Notes: generated by a model not told the origin, from the letters alone. A stretch of DNA of 34,426 nt from Eubacteriales bacterium (GCA_045591385.1 JAZNSU010000075.1:1-34426), one strand, 5' to 3'. Numbered from the stretch's first letter, positions 1 through 10,618 are shown. Translations and numbers: made by a program.

Positions 1-25
1 GCTTTTTTTGTCTTCCTAAGACCCC

Positions 26-622
26 TTGGCCCCCGATTTCGATGAGGCCGGCAACTGCCTGCCTGTCACCCTGATCGAAGCAGGCCCCTGTGTTGTCATC
101 CAGAAGAAGACGGTTGAAGTCGACGGTTACGAAGCAGTTAAGCTTGGTTACGACGACGTTACCGCCAAGAAGCTCAACAAGCCTGAGCAGGGCCAGTTCG
201 ACAAGGTCGGCGCTCCCTACAAGCGTGTACTTAAGGAGTTTGATCTTGACGATGCGGCCACCCTCAACGTCGGCGATGTTCTCACCGTCGAGCGTTTCGC
301 TGAGGGCGAGGCTGTCGATATCACCGGCACCTCGAAAGGTAAAGGCTATGCCGGCGCCATCAAGCGCTGGGGTCAGCACACCGGTCCTATGACCCACGGT
401 TCTAAGTATCATCGTGGTCAGGGTTCCATGGGTGCGGCCAGCGATCCGTCCAAGACCCTCAAGGGCAAGCACATGGCAGGTCAGCTGGGTAACGAGCAGG
501 TTACTGTTCAGAACTTGGCTGTTGTCAAGGTAGAGGCTGAAGATAACATCATCGCCGTCAAGGGCGCCGTTCCCGGTCCCAAGGGTGGCTTTGTGTTCAT
601 CAAGTCCTCCAAGAAAGCGTAA
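26..622 (+). CDS. rplC: 50S ribosomal protein uL3, with anomalous 5' end (canonical N-terminus absent)
   Basis: 198 aa from TTG 26. uL3-like stretches VTLIEAGPCVV and KGKGYAGAIKRWG, and it precedes rplD. An in-frame TAA at 17-19 prevents upstream extension, and the usual MKxILGxKxGMTQIF start is not encoded. Confidence 0.9.
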   Translation: MAPDFDEAGNCLPVTLIEAGPCVVIQKKTVEVDGYEAVKLGYDDVTAKKLNKPEQGQFDKVGAPYKRVLKEFDLDDAATLNVGDVLTVERFAEGEAVDITGTSKGKGYAGAIKRWGQHTGPMTHGSKYHRGQGSMGAASDPSKTLKGKHMAGQLGNEQVTVQNLAVVKVEAEDNIIAVKGAVPGPKGGFVFIKSSKKA

Positions 623-637
623 GGAGGATAGAAAACA

Positions 638-1261
638 ATGGCTAACATTAATGTTGTTAACATGAAAGGCGAAGTGGTCAATCAGATCGAACTGAATGAC
701 ACCGTATTCGCCGCTGAGGTAAACGGCTCGGTTCTGCACGCTGTCGTTGTCAACTACCTCGCCAATCAGCGTCAGGGCACGCAATCTGCGCTCACCCGTG
801 CCGAAGTGGCCGGCGGAGGTCGCAAGCCTTGGCGTCAGAAGGGTACCGGCCGTGCCCGTCAGGGTTCCACTCGCGCTCCGCAGTGGACTCATGGCGGTAT
901 CGTGTTCGCTCCCAAGCCGAGAGAGTACCGTTACTCCCTCAATAAGAAGACCAAGCTGGTCGCTATGCGTTCGGCCCTGTCTTCCAAGATGGCCGATAAC
1001 GATCTGATCGTTGTCAGCGCTATCGAACTTGAGGAAATCAAGACCAAGGCTGTGGCTGAAATGCTCACCGCTCTGGGTGTTGAGAAGAAGTCCCTGATCG
1101 TTACCGGCGATGTGGATAAGAACGTAGTTCTGGCCTCCCGTAACATCGAGGGCAACAAGACCACCTTCGTTGGTCAGCTCAACGTGTATGACATCCTCAA
1201 CTCCGGCAAACTCATCCTTACCGAGGATGCCGTTAAGAAGATCACGGAGGTGTATGCATAA
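638..1261 (+). CDS. rplD: 50S ribosomal protein uL4
   Basis: 207 aa. Contains [27 protein letters not shown] upstream. Position in S10 operon order. Confidence 0.97.
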   Translation: MANINVVNMKGEVVNQIELNDTVFAAEVNGSVLHAVVVNYLANQRQGTQSALTRAEVAGGGRKPWRQKGTGRARQGSTRAPQWTHGGIVFAPKPREYRYSLNKKTKLVAMRSALSSKMADNDLIVVSAIELEEIKTKAVAEMLTALGVEKKSLIVTGDVDKNVVLASRNIEGNKTTFVGQLNVYDILNSGKLILTEDAVKKITEVYA

Positions 1262-1554
1262 TGAAGTCCATGTATGATGTGATCATCAAGCCGATCATTT
1301 CCGAAAAGAGCATGAGCGGTCTTGAAAATAAGAAGTACACCTTTGAAGTGGCTACCGATGCCAACAAGATCGAGATTGCTAAGGCGGTTGAAGAGATCTT
1401 CAAGGTAAAGGTGGCTAAGGTGAGCACTGTCACCGTCAAGGGTAAGCCCAAGAGAGTCGGCATGCATATGGGAACCACTGCCAAGCGCAAAAAGGCTACC
1501 GTCACGCTGACTAAGGATTCGAAGACCATCGGCTTCTTCGACAGCCTGCAGTAA
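1261..1554 (+). CDS. rplW: 50S ribosomal protein uL23
   Basis: 97 aa. TAATG overlap with the rplD stop. Sits between L4 and L2. Confidence 0.95.
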   Translation: MKSMYDVIIKPIISEKSMSGLENKKYTFEVATDANKIEIAKAVEEIFKVKVAKVSTVTVKGKPKRVGMHMGTTAKRKKATVTLTKDSKTIGFFDSLQ

Positions 1555-1575
1555 TAAGAGAAGGAGAATACAGAC

Positions 1576-2409
1576 ATGGGTATTAAAAAGTATAAACCTA
1601 CTTCTCCCGGCCGCCGTGGCATGTCGGTGCTCAGCTTTGATGAGATCACCAAGTCCACTCCGGAAAAGTCCCTGCTGACTTCTCTGAAGAAGCATTCGGG
1701 CAGAAATAACAACGGCCGCATCACCGTTCGCCATCAGGGCGGCGGCAACAGACGCAAGTACAGAATCATCGATTTCAAGAGAAACAAGATGGACGTTCCT
1801 GCTACTGTTCTGGCCATCGAGTACGATCCCAACCGTAGCGCCAACATCGCTCTGATCCAGTATGAGGACGGCGAGAAGGCCTACATCGTGGCTCCCCTTG
1901 ACCTCAAGGTCGGAACCACCATCATCAGCAGCGCTTCTGCCGACATCAAGCCCGGCAACTGCCTGCCGATCGAAAACATCCCTGTCGGTACTATCATCCA
2001 CAACGTAGAGATGTATCCCGGCAAGGGCGCCCAGCTGGTCAGAACCGCCGGTGCTTTTGCACAGCTGATGGCCAAGGAGAACGGCATGGCTCAGATCCGT
2101 ATGCCGTCGGGCGAAGTCCGTTTGATCCGTCTTAACTGCAAGGCTACCATTGGTCAGATCGGTAACCTGGATCATGAGAACGTAGTCATCGGTAAAGCCG
2201 GCCGTAAGCGTCACATGGGCATCCGTGCTACCGTCCGCGGCTCGGTCATGAACCCGAACGACCACCCGCATGGCGGTGGTGAGGGTAAATCCCCCATCGG
2301 TCGTCCCGGTCCTGTGTCCCCTTGGGGCAAACCGACTCTGGGCTACAAGACCAGATCCAAAAAGGCTCAGTCCGACAAATTTATCGTCAAGAGACGCAAT
2401 GCCAAGTAA
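1576..2409 (+). CDS. rplB: 50S ribosomal protein uL2
   Basis: 277 aa. Motifs [12 protein letters not shown] and [14 protein letters not shown]. Confidence 0.98.
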   Translation: MGIKKYKPTSPGRRGMSVLSFDEITKSTPEKSLLTSLKKHSGRNNNGRITVRHQGGGNRRKYRIIDFKRNKMDVPATVLAIEYDPNRSANIALIQYEDGEKAYIVAPLDLKVGTTIISSASADIKPGNCLPIENIPVGTIIHNVEMYPGKGAQLVRTAGAFAQLMAKENGMAQIRMPSGEVRLIRLNCKATIGQIGNLDHENVVIGKAGRKRHMGIRATVRGSVMNPNDHPHGGGEGKSPIGRPGPVSPWGKPTLGYKTRSKKAQSDKFIVKRRNAK

Positions 2410-2434
2410 TTTGGTTGCGGAAGGAGGTAATTCA

Positions 2435-2710
2435 ATGGGTAGAAGTGTTAAGAAGGGCCCGTTCGTACAGCCCGTACTTCTGAAGAGAGTTCAGGAAATG
2501 AATGCCGCAGGCGAGAAGCGTGTGCTCAAGACCTGGTCCCGTGCATCCGTCATTTTCCCGGATTTCGTCGGACACACCTTTGCCGTTCATGACGGCAGAA
2601 AGCATGTTCCCGTTTATGTGACCGAAGATATGGTTGGCCACAGACTCGGCGAATTTGCTCCGACCAGAACCTTCAGAGGCCATGCCGGCGCCAAGAAGAC
2701 CGGTGCTTAA
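2435..2710 (+). CDS. rpsS: 30S ribosomal protein uS19
   Basis: 91 aa from ATG 2435 ([11 protein letters not shown]...). AGGAGG lies 7 nt upstream. The longer track ORF from 2270 overlaps rplB and is rejected. Confidence 0.96.
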   Translation: MGRSVKKGPFVQPVLLKRVQEMNAAGEKRVLKTWSRASVIFPDFVGHTFAVHDGRKHVPVYVTEDMVGHRLGEFAPTRTFRGHAGAKKTGA

Positions 2711-2724
2711 GGAGGAATATGACA

Positions 2725-3060
2725 ATGGAAGCAAAAGCTACTGTGACTTTCGTTCGTCTTTCCCCTCAGAAAGTGACTATTGTGCAGGATCTCATCCGCA
2801 ACAAACCGGTCGTTGAGGCGAGAGCGATACTGAAAAACACCCCGAAGGCTGCCAGCGCTTATCTGCTCAAATTGCTCGATAGCGCCGTAGCCAATGCAGA
2901 GAACAATCTGCATCTGAATAAGGACAATCTCATCGTTTCCGAGACCTTCGTCGGCCCCGGCCCCATTCTCAAGAGAATGCAGCCCCGCAGCCGCGGTTCG
3001 GCCTACCGGATCCTGAAGAGAACGTCCCACATCACCTTGGTTGTCAAGGAAAAAGAATAA
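2725..3060 (+). CDS. rplV: 50S ribosomal protein uL22
   Basis: 111 aa from ATG 2725, 9 nt after GGAGG. The alternative ATG 2719 is only 3 nt from the RBS. Confidence 0.94.
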   Translation: MEAKATVTFVRLSPQKVTIVQDLIRNKPVVEARAILKNTPKAASAYLLKLLDSAVANAENNLHLNKDNLIVSETFVGPGPILKRMQPRSRGSAYRILKRTSHITLVVKEKE

Positions 3061-3078
3061 GGAACAGGAGGTTTTAGC

Positions 3079-3804
3079 ATGGGCCAGAAAGTTAATCCCC
3101 ACGGTTTACGTGTGGGCATCATTAAAGACTGGGATTCTAAATGGTATGCGCCCGATCATCAGTTTGGCGACCTGCTCGTCGAAGATAAGAAGATCCGTGA
3201 CTACCTGAAGAAGACTCTCTATGCTGCCGGTGTTCCTGCCGTCAAGATCGAGAGAGATCCCAACAAGATTCGTATTACCATCCAGTGCGCCAAGCCCGGC
3301 GTCGTAATCGGCAAGGGCGGCACTGAGATCGAGAAGTACCGTGCCGCCATCGAAAAGATGATCGGCAAGCCGGTTGCTCCCCTCAACATCGTTGAAGTTA
3401 AGCAGCCGGATCTCAACGCTCAGCTGGTTGCCGAGAACATCGCTTCCCAGCTCGAGAAACGTACTTCCTTCCGCCGTGCCATGAAGATGGCCATCCAGCG
3501 CACCATGCGTCTGGGCGCTAAGGGTATCAAGACCTGCGTGTCCGGCCGTTTGGGCGGTGCGGAAATCGCTCGCAGCGAGCATTATCATGAGGGTACCATT
3601 CCCCTGCAGACCCTGCGTGCTGACATCGACTACGGTTTTGCTGAGGCAAACACCACCTACGGTCGTATCGGCGTAAAGGTCTGGATCTACAGAGGCGAAG
3701 TTCTTCAGGCTCGTACCAACGTGACCGAGGAGCGTCGTGAGCGTCGTGAGAACCGCGACAGAAGACCTCGCAGAGAAGGAGGACGCCGCAATGTTAATGC
3801 CTAA
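3079..3804 (+). CDS. rpsC: 30S ribosomal protein uS3 with Arg-rich C-terminal tail
   Basis: 241 aa. [13 protein letters not shown] start and [11 protein letters not shown]-like motif. Tail is [25 protein letters not shown]. Confidence 0.97.
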   Translation: MGQKVNPHGLRVGIIKDWDSKWYAPDHQFGDLLVEDKKIRDYLKKTLYAAGVPAVKIERDPNKIRITIQCAKPGVVIGKGGTEIEKYRAAIEKMIGKPVAPLNIVEVKQPDLNAQLVAENIASQLEKRTSFRRAMKMAIQRTMRLGAKGIKTCVSGRLGGAEIARSEHYHEGTIPLQTLRADIDYGFAEANTTYGRIGVKVWIYRGEVLQARTNVTEERRERRENRDRRPRREGGRRNVNA

Positions 3805-4216
3805 GAGAGTTAAGTACAGAAGAGTACACCGTGGCAGAATGACCGGCCGCGCCCTCGTCGGCAACACCGTGTCTAACGGCGAATTCGGTCTGGCTACCGA
3901 AGAGCCCGCATGGATCACTGCCAATCAGATCGAAGCCGCTCGTATCGCCATGACCCGTTTTACCAAACGTGGCGGTAAGGTGTGGATCAAGATCTTCCCC
4001 CACAAGCCCATCACCCGTAAGCCCCTGGAAACCCGTATGGGTAAAGGTAAGGGCGCTCCCGAGTATTGGGTAGCCGTAGTAAAACCCGGCAAGGTTATGT
4101 TTGAGATCGCCGGCGTCTCGGAAGAGGTCGCCCGTGAGGCATTCCGCCTGGCTTCTCACAAACTGCCGGTCAAGTGCAAGTTCGTCGCCAGAGAAGACCT
4201 CGGAGGTGATAAGTGA
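3791..4216 (+). CDS. rplP: 50S ribosomal protein uL16
   Basis: 141 aa from ATG 3791 ([17 protein letters not shown]). The start lies 14 nt inside the rpsC 3' end. Confidence 0.96.
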   Translation: MLMPKRVKYRRVHRGRMTGRALVGNTVSNGEFGLATEEPAWITANQIEAARIAMTRFTKRGGKVWIKIFPHKPITRKPLETRMGKGKGAPEYWVAVVKPGKVMFEIAGVSEEVAREAFRLASHKLPVKCKFVAREDLGGDK

Positions 4217-4428
4217 TGAAGGCAAAGGATCAGAGAGATAAATTCAGAGCTATGAGCGAGCAGGAGCTGACCAAGAAGATCGCAGATCTCAAGGAAGAGC
4301 TGTTCAACCTTCGCTTTCAGCATGCTACCAACCAGCTCGAAAATCCTCTGCGCATCTCCCAGACCAAGAAGGATATCGCAATGGCAAAGACTATTCTTCG
4401 TGAAAAGGAGTTGAAGGTCGAGGCTTAA
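4216..4428 (+). CDS. rpmC: 50S ribosomal protein uL29
   Basis: 70 aa from ATG 4216 (GTG 4213 is an alternative). Overlaps the rplP stop TGA at 4214-4216. Contains [11 protein letters not shown]. Confidence 0.94.
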   Translation: MKAKDQRDKFRAMSEQELTKKIADLKEELFNLRFQHATNQLENPLRISQTKKDIAMAKTILREKELKVEA

Positions 4429-4460
4429 GGCCACGGCTTTCATGAAAGGAGGATTTTATC

Positions 4461-4718
4461 ATGAGTGAAAGAGGACTCAGAAAGACTCGTGTCGGTGTCG
4501 TTACCAGCGACAAAATGGATAAGACCATCGTCGTGTCCATCGCCGACCATGTAAAGCATCCGCTTTATTCCAAGGTTATCAAGCGCACCTACAAGCTGAA
4601 GGCTCACGATGAAAACAACGAGTGCCGCGTAGGCGATAAGGTTCGCGTTATGGAGACCAGACCCTTGTCCAAGGACAAGAGATGGAGACTGGTCGAAATC
4701 ATTGAGAAGGCTAAATAA
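4461..4718 (+). CDS. rpsQ: 30S ribosomal protein uS17
   Basis: 85 aa. AGGAGG RBS. Position between L29 and L14. Confidence 0.95.
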   Translation: MSERGLRKTRVGVVTSDKMDKTIVVSIADHVKHPLYSKVIKRTYKLKAHDENNECRVGDKVRVMETRPLSKDKRWRLVEIIEKAK

Positions 4719-4744
4719 GAAAGCCCAGTAAGGAGGATACAACC

Positions 4745-5113
4745 GTGATTCAGCAACAGACCTATTTGAAGGCAGCTGACAACACCGGCGCGAAAGAGCT
4801 TATGTGCATCCGTGTGCTGGGCGGTACTGGCAGAAAGTATGCCAATATCGGCGATGTTGTTATTGCCTCGGTTAAAAAGGCAGCACCCGGCGGCATGGTG
4901 AAAAAGGGTGATGTCGTTAAATGCGTGATTGTCCGCTCCGCACAGGGCATTCAGCGCGCTGACGGTAGCCGTATTCGTTTCGACGAGAACGCCGCCGTCA
5001 TCATCCGTGAGGATAAGAATCCCCGCGGTACTCGTATCTTTGGGCCCATCGCTCGTGAGCTGCGTGACAAGGAATATACTAAGATCCTGTCCCTGGCTCC
5101 CGAAGTGCTGTAA
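4745..5113 (+). CDS. rplN: 50S ribosomal protein uL14
   Basis: 122 aa with GTG start ([17 protein letters not shown]). Confidence 0.97.
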   Translation: MIQQQTYLKAADNTGAKELMCIRVLGGTGRKYANIGDVVIASVKKAAPGGMVKKGDVVKCVIVRSAQGIQRADGSRIRFDENAAVIIREDKNPRGTRIFGPIARELRDKEYTKILSLAPEVL

Positions 5114-5127
5114 TGGGAGGAAAAGAA

Positions 5128-5445
5128 ATGAACGATCTTCATATTAAATCCGGCGATACCGTTCAGGTAATCTCCGGCGATTCCAAGGGTAGCACCGGCA
5201 AGGTTCTTGCCGTTTCTCCCAAAGAGAAAAAGGTCATCGTTGAAGGTGTCAACATGGTGACCAAACACGTAAAGCCCAAGAACCAACAGCAGCAGGGTGA
5301 GATCGTGAAGGCCGAAGGCGCTATGTATGCCTGCAAGGTCGCTCTCTATTGCCCTAAGTGCAAGACCGGCGTTCGTACCGGTGTTAAGGTTGAAGACGGC
5401 AAAAAGGTCCGCGTCTGCAAGAAGTGCGGCGCCGTTATCGAATAA
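5128..5445 (+). CDS. rplX: 50S ribosomal protein uL24 (four-Cys form)
   Basis: 105 aa from ATG 5128, preceded by GGGAGG. KOW-like [20 protein letters not shown]...CKKC near the C-terminus. Confidence 0.94.
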   Translation: MNDLHIKSGDTVQVISGDSKGSTGKVLAVSPKEKKVIVEGVNMVTKHVKPKNQQQQGEIVKAEGAMYACKVALYCPKCKTGVRTGVKVEDGKKVRVCKKCGAVIE

Positions 5446-5459
5446 GGAGGGTAGGAGAC

Positions 5460-5999
5460 ATGACAAGATTACAAGAACGTTATATCAACGAAGTGGCTCC
5501 CGCTCTGAACAAGAAGTATCAGTATAAGAGCTGCATGCAGATCCCGAAGTTCGATAAGATCGTCATCAACGTTGGTTGCGGCGAAGCCCGTGAAAATGCT
5601 AAGGTTATCGACGCAGTTGTCAATGACCTGACCAAGATCACCGGCCAGAAGCCCGTCGTTTGTGCCGCTCGTAAGTCGGTTGCAAACTTCAAACTGCGTG
5701 AAGGTATGCCCATTGGCGTCAAGGTTACCCTGCGCGGCGATCGGATGTATGAATTCATGGATCGTCTGTTCAGTTTGGCTCTGCCCCGTGTGCGTGACTT
5801 CCGTGGCATTTCGGCAGATTCCTTCGACGGCCGTGGCAACTATGCCCTGGGCCTGAAAGAACAGCTGATCTTCCCCGAAATTGAGTACGACAAGATCGAC
5901 AAGGTTCGTGGTATGGACATCGTGTTCGTTACCACCGCCAAGACCGATGAAGAAGCTCGTGAGCTGCTCTCTCTGATGGGCGCTCCGTTTGCCAAGTAA
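5460..5999 (+). CDS. rplE: 50S ribosomal protein uL5
   Basis: 179 aa from ATG 5460 ([12 protein letters not shown]...). GGAGG-rich RBS region upstream. Confidence 0.96.
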   Translation: MTRLQERYINEVAPALNKKYQYKSCMQIPKFDKIVINVGCGEARENAKVIDAVVNDLTKITGQKPVVCAARKSVANFKLREGMPIGVKVTLRGDRMYEFMDRLFSLALPRVRDFRGISADSFDGRGNYALGLKEQLIFPEIEYDKIDKVRGMDIVFVTTAKTDEEARELLSLMGAPFAK

Positions 6000-6012
6000 G
6001 GAGGCGATACGC

Positions 6013-6198
6013 ATGGCTAGAAAAGCACTGGTTTTACAGCAGAAAGAAGCTCCCAAGTTCTCTACGAGAGCCTACAACAGATGCAAGATATGCGGTCGTC
6101 CCCATGCTTATCTTCGTAAGTATGGCATCTGCCGTATCTGCTTTAGAGAATTGGCCTATAAGGGTCAGATTCCCGGCGTGAAGAAGTCCAGCTGGTAA
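6013..6198 (+). CDS. rpsN: 30S ribosomal protein uS14, short zinc-binding type Z
   Basis: 61 aa from ATG 6013. [20 protein letters not shown] gives CxxC-x12-CxxC. Ends KKSSW. Confidence 0.95.
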   Translation: MARKALVLQQKEAPKFSTRAYNRCKICGRPHAYLRKYGICRICFRELAYKGQIPGVKKSSW

Positions 6199-6212
6199 GA
6201 GGAGGAATAGAA

Positions 6213-6611
6213 ATGCAGATTACTGATCCGATTGCTGATATGCTCACCAGAATCCGCAATGCGAACTCTGCCAAGCATGACAGCGTAGATATTCCCGCCT
6301 CCAACATGAAGAAGGCTATTGCCCAGATTCTGCTGGATGAGGGTTACATCAAAAAGTATGATGTCGTCGAAGACGGCAAGCAGGGCATGATCCATGTCGA
6401 GCTCAAATACGGCCCCGGCAAGACCAAGATTATTCAGGGTCTGCGCCGTGTGTCCAAGCCCGGCCTGCGTATCTATGCCGGCAAGGAAGAGATGCCCCGC
6501 GTTATGCGTGGGCTGGGTATCGCCATTGTGTCCACCTCCAAGGGTGTTATGACCGATAAGGCGGCCAGAAAAGCAAACATCGGCGGCGAAGTTCTCGCCT
6601 TCGTATGGTAA
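6213..6611 (+). CDS. rpsH: 30S ribosomal protein uS8
   Basis: 132 aa. [13 protein letters not shown] motif. Confidence 0.97.
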   Translation: MQITDPIADMLTRIRNANSAKHDSVDIPASNMKKAIAQILLDEGYIKKYDVVEDGKQGMIHVELKYGPGKTKIIQGLRRVSKPGLRIYAGKEEMPRVMRGLGIAIVSTSKGVMTDKAARKANIGGEVLAFVW

Positions 6612-6627
6612 GAAAGGGGTATAAGTT

Positions 6628-7176
6628 ATGTCCAGAATTGGCAGAAAAGAAATAACTGTCCCTGCCGGCGTGACCGTTACCATTTCGGATAACAATCACA
6701 TTGCCGTCAAGGGCCCCAAGGGCAATCTCGAAATGAATGCCCATCCTGATATGCTGATCAAGCAGGAAAACGGTGTTGTCACCGTTGCCCGTCCGTCCGA
6801 GTCCAGAGAGCATCGCTCCCTGCATGGCCTGACTCGTACCCTGATCGCCAATATGGTGGAAGGTGTTACCAACGAGTTCTCCAAGACCCTGATCATCAAC
6901 GGTGTCGGTTACCGTGCCGCTAAGCAGGGTAAGGATCTGGTCATGAACCTCGGCTACTCTCATCAGGTCATCGTCAGCGAAACGGCGGACATCAAGATCG
7001 ATGTTCCCAACCCGAACACCATCATTATCCACGGTGTGGATAAGCAGAAGGTCGGTCAGTTCGCTGCCGAAGTCAGAGAGAAGCGTCCGCCTGAGCCGTA
7101 TAAGGGCAAAGGAATCAAGTACGAAACCGAGCGTATTATCCGTAAAGAGGGTAAAGCCGGTAAGGGTGCGAAGTAA
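6628..7176 (+). CDS. rplF: 50S ribosomal protein uL6
   Basis: 182 aa. MSRIGRKEITVPAGV start. Confidence 0.97.
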   Translation: MSRIGRKEITVPAGVTVTISDNNHIAVKGPKGNLEMNAHPDMLIKQENGVVTVARPSESREHRSLHGLTRTLIANMVEGVTNEFSKTLIINGVGYRAAKQGKDLVMNLGYSHQVIVSETADIKIDVPNPNTIIIHGVDKQKVGQFAAEVREKRPPEPYKGKGIKYETERIIRKEGKAGKGAK

Positions 7177-7188
7177 GGAGAATAAGCA

Positions 7189-7539
7189 ATGGTTAAGAAA
7201 ATTGACAGCAATAAGGCTCGTCTTAAGAGACATAAGAGAGTCCGTGGCAAAATTTCCGGCACTCCCGCTTGCCCCCGTTTGTGCGTGTTCCGCTCTAACA
7301 CCAACATCTATGCTCAGATCATCGATGATACTGAGGGTAAGACGTTGGCAAGTGCCAGCTCGCTGGGTCTGGAAGGCGGCTCCAATAAGGAGTCTGCCAA
7401 ACAGGTTGGCCTGCTCATCGCACAAAAGGCTAAGGAAGCCGGCATCGTGGATGTCGTATTCGATCGCGGCGGTTATGTGTACCACGGCCGTGTCCAGGCA
7501 CTCGCAGAAGGCGCCCGCGAGGGCGGCCTGAACTTTTAA
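7189..7539 (+). CDS. rplR: 50S ribosomal protein uL18
   Basis: 116 aa. [18 protein letters not shown] and [17 protein letters not shown]. Confidence 0.97.
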   Translation: MVKKIDSNKARLKRHKRVRGKISGTPACPRLCVFRSNTNIYAQIIDDTEGKTLASASSLGLEGGSNKESAKQVGLLIAQKAKEAGIVDVVFDRGGYVYHGRVQALAEGAREGGLNF

Positions 7540-7557
7540 CAAAGGAGGGCATAAACA

Positions 7558-8061
7558 ATGGCAGAATTGATCGATGCAAGCACCCTCGATCTTCAGGAAA
7601 GAGTAGTGTGCATTAATCGTGTATCCAAGACCGTCAAGGGCGGCCGCATCATGAAGTTTGCGGCACTCGTCGTTGTTGGTAACGGCAACGGTATTGTCGG
7701 CGTTGGCATGGGCAAGTCCTCCGAAGTTCCCGATGCAATCCGTAAGGGCATCGAAGATGCGAAGAAGAAGCTCGTCCGTATCGCTATGAAAAATACCACC
7801 ATTCCCCACGAGAACGTTGGCCGTTTCGGTGCTTCCATGGTAGTGCTGAAGCCTGCCGCTCCCGGTACCGGTGTTATCGCCGGCGGCGCTGTCCGTGCCG
7901 TCGTTGAGTTGGCCGGTATTCAGGATATCCGTACCAAGGCTCTGCGTTCCCGTAACCCCATCAACCTTGTTAACGCTACTATCAACGGCCTGTCCGAGAT
8001 CCGTGATGCTCAGACGGTTGCGGCTATGCGCGGCAAGGAAGTTAAAGAAATCTTAGGTTAA
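7558..8061 (+). CDS. rpsE: 30S ribosomal protein uS5
   Basis: 167 aa. [22 protein letters not shown]. Confidence 0.97.
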   Translation: MAELIDASTLDLQERVVCINRVSKTVKGGRIMKFAALVVVGNGNGIVGVGMGKSSEVPDAIRKGIEDAKKKLVRIAMKNTTIPHENVGRFGASMVVLKPAAPGTGVIAGGAVRAVVELAGIQDIRTKALRSRNPINLVNATINGLSEIRDAQTVAAMRGKEVKEILG

Positions 8062-8074
8062 GGAGGTATTTATC

Positions 8075-8269
8075 ATGGCTCTCAAGATCACCTTGAAGAA
8101 ATCTCTGATCAGCTGCAAAAAGAATCAGATAGATACCGCTAATACTTTCGGTCTGAAAAGACCGGGCGACGTTACCGTTCAGCCGGAAAACGCCGCTACC
8201 CTCGGCAAGGTTCGTGTCATTTCCCACCTTGTTGAAGTAGAAAAGGTCAAGGAGGCACGCAAGAAATGA
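8075..8269 (+). CDS. rpmD: 50S ribosomal protein uL30
   Basis: 64 aa. Sits between S5 and L15. ATGA overlap with rplO. Confidence 0.92.
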   Translation: MALKITLKKSLISCKKNQIDTANTFGLKRPGDVTVQPENAATLGKVRVISHLVEVEKVKEARKK

Positions 8270-8706
8270 AATTGCATGAATTAACTCCTGCTGCCGGCTC
8301 CACCTTCGAGCCCAAGAGAAAGGGCAGAGGTATCGGTTCCGGTAACGGCAAGACCGGCGGCCGCGGCCACAAAGGCCAGAAGGCCCGTTCCGGCGGCGGT
8401 GTTCGCCCCGGATTTGAAGGCGGCCAGATGCCCCTTCAGAGACGTGTTCCTAAGCGTGGTTTCAACAACATCTTCGCTAAAGAATATGTCACCATCAACG
8501 TTGAGCGCCTGAATGCTTTCGAAGCCGGCGCTGTTGTAGATGCTGCTGCTCTGCATGAGGCCGGCATCATCTCCAAGACTTTGGACGGCGTTAAATTCCT
8601 CGGCCGCGGCGAGGTCACCAAGGCTCTCACCGTGCGCGCCGCTAAGTTCACCGAGTCTGCTAAGCAGAAGATCGAAGCAGCCGGCGGCAAGGCTGAGGAG
8701 GTATAA
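8266..8706 (+). CDS. rplO: 50S ribosomal protein uL15
   Basis: 146 aa. [24 protein letters not shown]. Confidence 0.97.
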   Translation: MKLHELTPAAGSTFEPKRKGRGIGSGNGKTGGRGHKGQKARSGGGVRPGFEGGQMPLQRRVPKRGFNNIFAKEYVTINVERLNAFEAGAVVDAAALHEAGIISKTLDGVKFLGRGEVTKALTVRAAKFTESAKQKIEAAGGKAEEV

Positions 8707-8708
8707 CG

Positions 8709-9965
8709 ATGTTCGAGGGATTGATCGCAGCATTTAAGAACTCTGACCTGAGAAAGAAGATTCTTTTCACCGTCATGATTCTGCTGCTGTACCGCGTTGG
8801 CGCGCTGATCCCCGTTCCTTTCGTTGATACTAATATGCTGGGCTCGGTGTTCCAAAACTCCGGACTGACCGATATGCTCAATATCATGTCAGGTGGTGCG
8901 TTGCAGAACGCGGCGTTGTTTGCCATGGGTATCTCGCCCTACATCAACGCTTCCATTATCGTCCAGCTGCTCACGATTGCCATTCCCGCTCTTGAGCGGT
9001 TGAAGAAGGCAGAAGACGGCCAGAAGAAGATCAACAGGATCACTCGTTACCTGACCGTGGCTCTGGGCCTTGTCATGGGTTATGGATACTACACCATCCT
9101 TGACAATGCCATGGGCGTTCTCACTGAGAAATCCTTCTTCACCGGCATGATCGTTGTCTTTGCCTTTACGGCAGGTTCGGCGATTGTTATGTGGATGGCT
9201 GAGAAGATTGATGAATATGGTATCGGAAACGGTATCTCCATGATCCTCTTTGCCGGTATCCTCTCGCAGGGTCCCGCCATCGTGAGCTGGGTCGTCACTT
9301 CCGTCAAGGAAGGCAAGTTCGTCGGTCCCATTCTGGTGCTGGTCATCGGGCTTCTGATGATTGCCGGTATCGTTTGGGTAAACGGCGCCGAAAGACGTAT
9401 TCCGGTTCAGTATGCCAAGCGTGTTGTCGGCCGTAAGATGTACGGCGGCAACCAGACTCACCTACCCATGAAGGTGCTGATGACCGGCGTTATGCCTATC
9501 ATCTTTGCCAGCTCCTTCTGCATGCTGCCCTCTACCATCGCTTCGTTTATGGCAGAGAACGGCTTTACCAAGTGGGTCAACAATTATTTCACAACAGATA
9601 AGCCGCTCTACGGCATTCTGTTCTTCATCCTGATTATTTTCTTCAACTACTTCTATGTATCGGTCTCTTACGATCCCGTGGAGATCTCCAACAATCTTCA
9701 GAAGAACGGCGGCTCCATCCCCGGTATTCGTCCCGGTGAGCCGACTGTCAATTATATCAAGAAGTCGCTCAATAAGATCACTCTGCTGGGTGCCATCTTC
9801 CTCGGCTTCATTGCTATCATTCCGATGATTGCTACCGTTGCCTTCGGTGTGAATTTCGCCCTCTCCGGCAACAGTATGCTTATCGTCGTCAGCATCATCC
9901 TCGAAACCTCGATGGTACTCGAATCTCAGATCTCGATGCGCCATTACAAAGGTTTCTTGGAATAA
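8709..9965 (+). CDS. secY: preprotein translocase subunit SecY
   Basis: 418 aa polytopic membrane protein. LRKKILFTVMILLLYRVGALIPVP start. Conserved position after rplO. Confidence 0.97.
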   Translation: MFEGLIAAFKNSDLRKKILFTVMILLLYRVGALIPVPFVDTNMLGSVFQNSGLTDMLNIMSGGALQNAALFAMGISPYINASIIVQLLTIAIPALERLKKAEDGQKKINRITRYLTVALGLVMGYGYYTILDNAMGVLTEKSFFTGMIVVFAFTAGSAIVMWMAEKIDEYGIGNGISMILFAGILSQGPAIVSWVVTSVKEGKFVGPILVLVIGLLMIAGIVWVNGAERRIPVQYAKRVVGRKMYGGNQTHLPMKVLMTGVMPIIFASSFCMLPSTIASFMAENGFTKWVNNYFTTDKPLYGILFFILIIFFNYFYVSVSYDPVEISNNLQKNGGSIPGIRPGEPTVNYIKKSLNKITLLGAIFLGFIAIIPMIATVAFGVNFALSGNSMLIVVSIILETSMVLESQISMRHYKGFLE

Positions 9966-9980
9966 TTGAGAGGTAACGTT

Positions 9981-10613
9981 TTGAAACTGATTTTACTTGG
10001 ACCTCCCGGATGCGGGAAGGGAACGCAGGCAGCATTTATTAAAGAACGCTACAACATCCCCTCGATCAGCACCGGCGACATGATCCGTGAACAGGTTCGC
10101 TCGGGCAGTGAACTGGGCAAACAGGTCAAGGCTTGCTTGGATGCCGGTACTCTGGTCAGCGACGAACTGGTCATCAAGATCGTCGAAGCCCGCTTGAAAG
10201 CTGACGACTGCAAGAACGGGTATATCCTCGACGGATTTCCCCGTACCGTCGCTCAGGCTCAGGCGCTGGCCGATATGGGCGTCGTTATTGACAAGGTTGT
10301 AGATATCACCCTGCCTGACGAAACGATTATTGACCGAATATCCGGACGGCGGGTTTGCCCTGCCTGCGGTGCATCCTATCACATCACATCCATCCCCAGC
10401 GCGGACAATGTCCATTGCGACAAGTGCGGCGCCGATCTGATCCATCGCTCCGATGATCAGCCTGAAGTTGTAGCCAAGCGTCTGGTCGAATACCGTGAGA
10501 AAACGGCTCCGTTGACCGATTTTTATAAGAAAGTCGGCAATCTGGTTACTGTTTCCAGCGTGGGTGCGATTGAAGATGTAACTGCCGCGATATTCGCAGC
10601 ATTAGAGGCATAA
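9981..10613 (+). CDS. adk: adenylate kinase (Zn-lid form)
   Basis: 210 aa from TTG 9981 (MKLILLGPPGCGKGTQ P-loop). GAGAGG lies 7 nt upstream. Lid is CPACG...CDKCG. The track ORF start at 9966 is less likely. Confidence 0.93.
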   Translation: MKLILLGPPGCGKGTQAAFIKERYNIPSISTGDMIREQVRSGSELGKQVKACLDAGTLVSDELVIKIVEARLKADDCKNGYILDGFPRTVAQAQALADMGVVIDKVVDITLPDETIIDRISGRRVCPACGASYHITSIPSADNVHCDKCGADLIHRSDDQPEVVAKRLVEYREKTAPLTDFYKKVGNLVTVSSVGAIEDVTAAIFAALEA

Positions 10614-10618
10614 CGTTT

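Noticed and set aside
2270-2434. N-terminal extensions of track ORFs: rpsS from 2270, rplP from 3737, rplE from 5424, rpsN from 5989, yfhO from 25789 and the M14 peptidase from 26195.
   Set aside because: The extensions overlap upstream genes and lack an RBS. The internal starts give canonical N-termini with well-spaced Shine-Dalgarno sequences.
6547-7809. 420-aa minus-strand ORF. Similar long antisense ORFs occur at 1174-2271, 10523-11308, 14678-15427, 15252-16073, 16684-17622, 22020-23324, 30818-31696 and 32428-33234.
   Set aside because: Each lies exactly opposite a confidently identified conserved gene. Each has low-complexity, unrecognisable sequence and no RBS. They are typical shadow ORFs in GC3-rich coding DNA.
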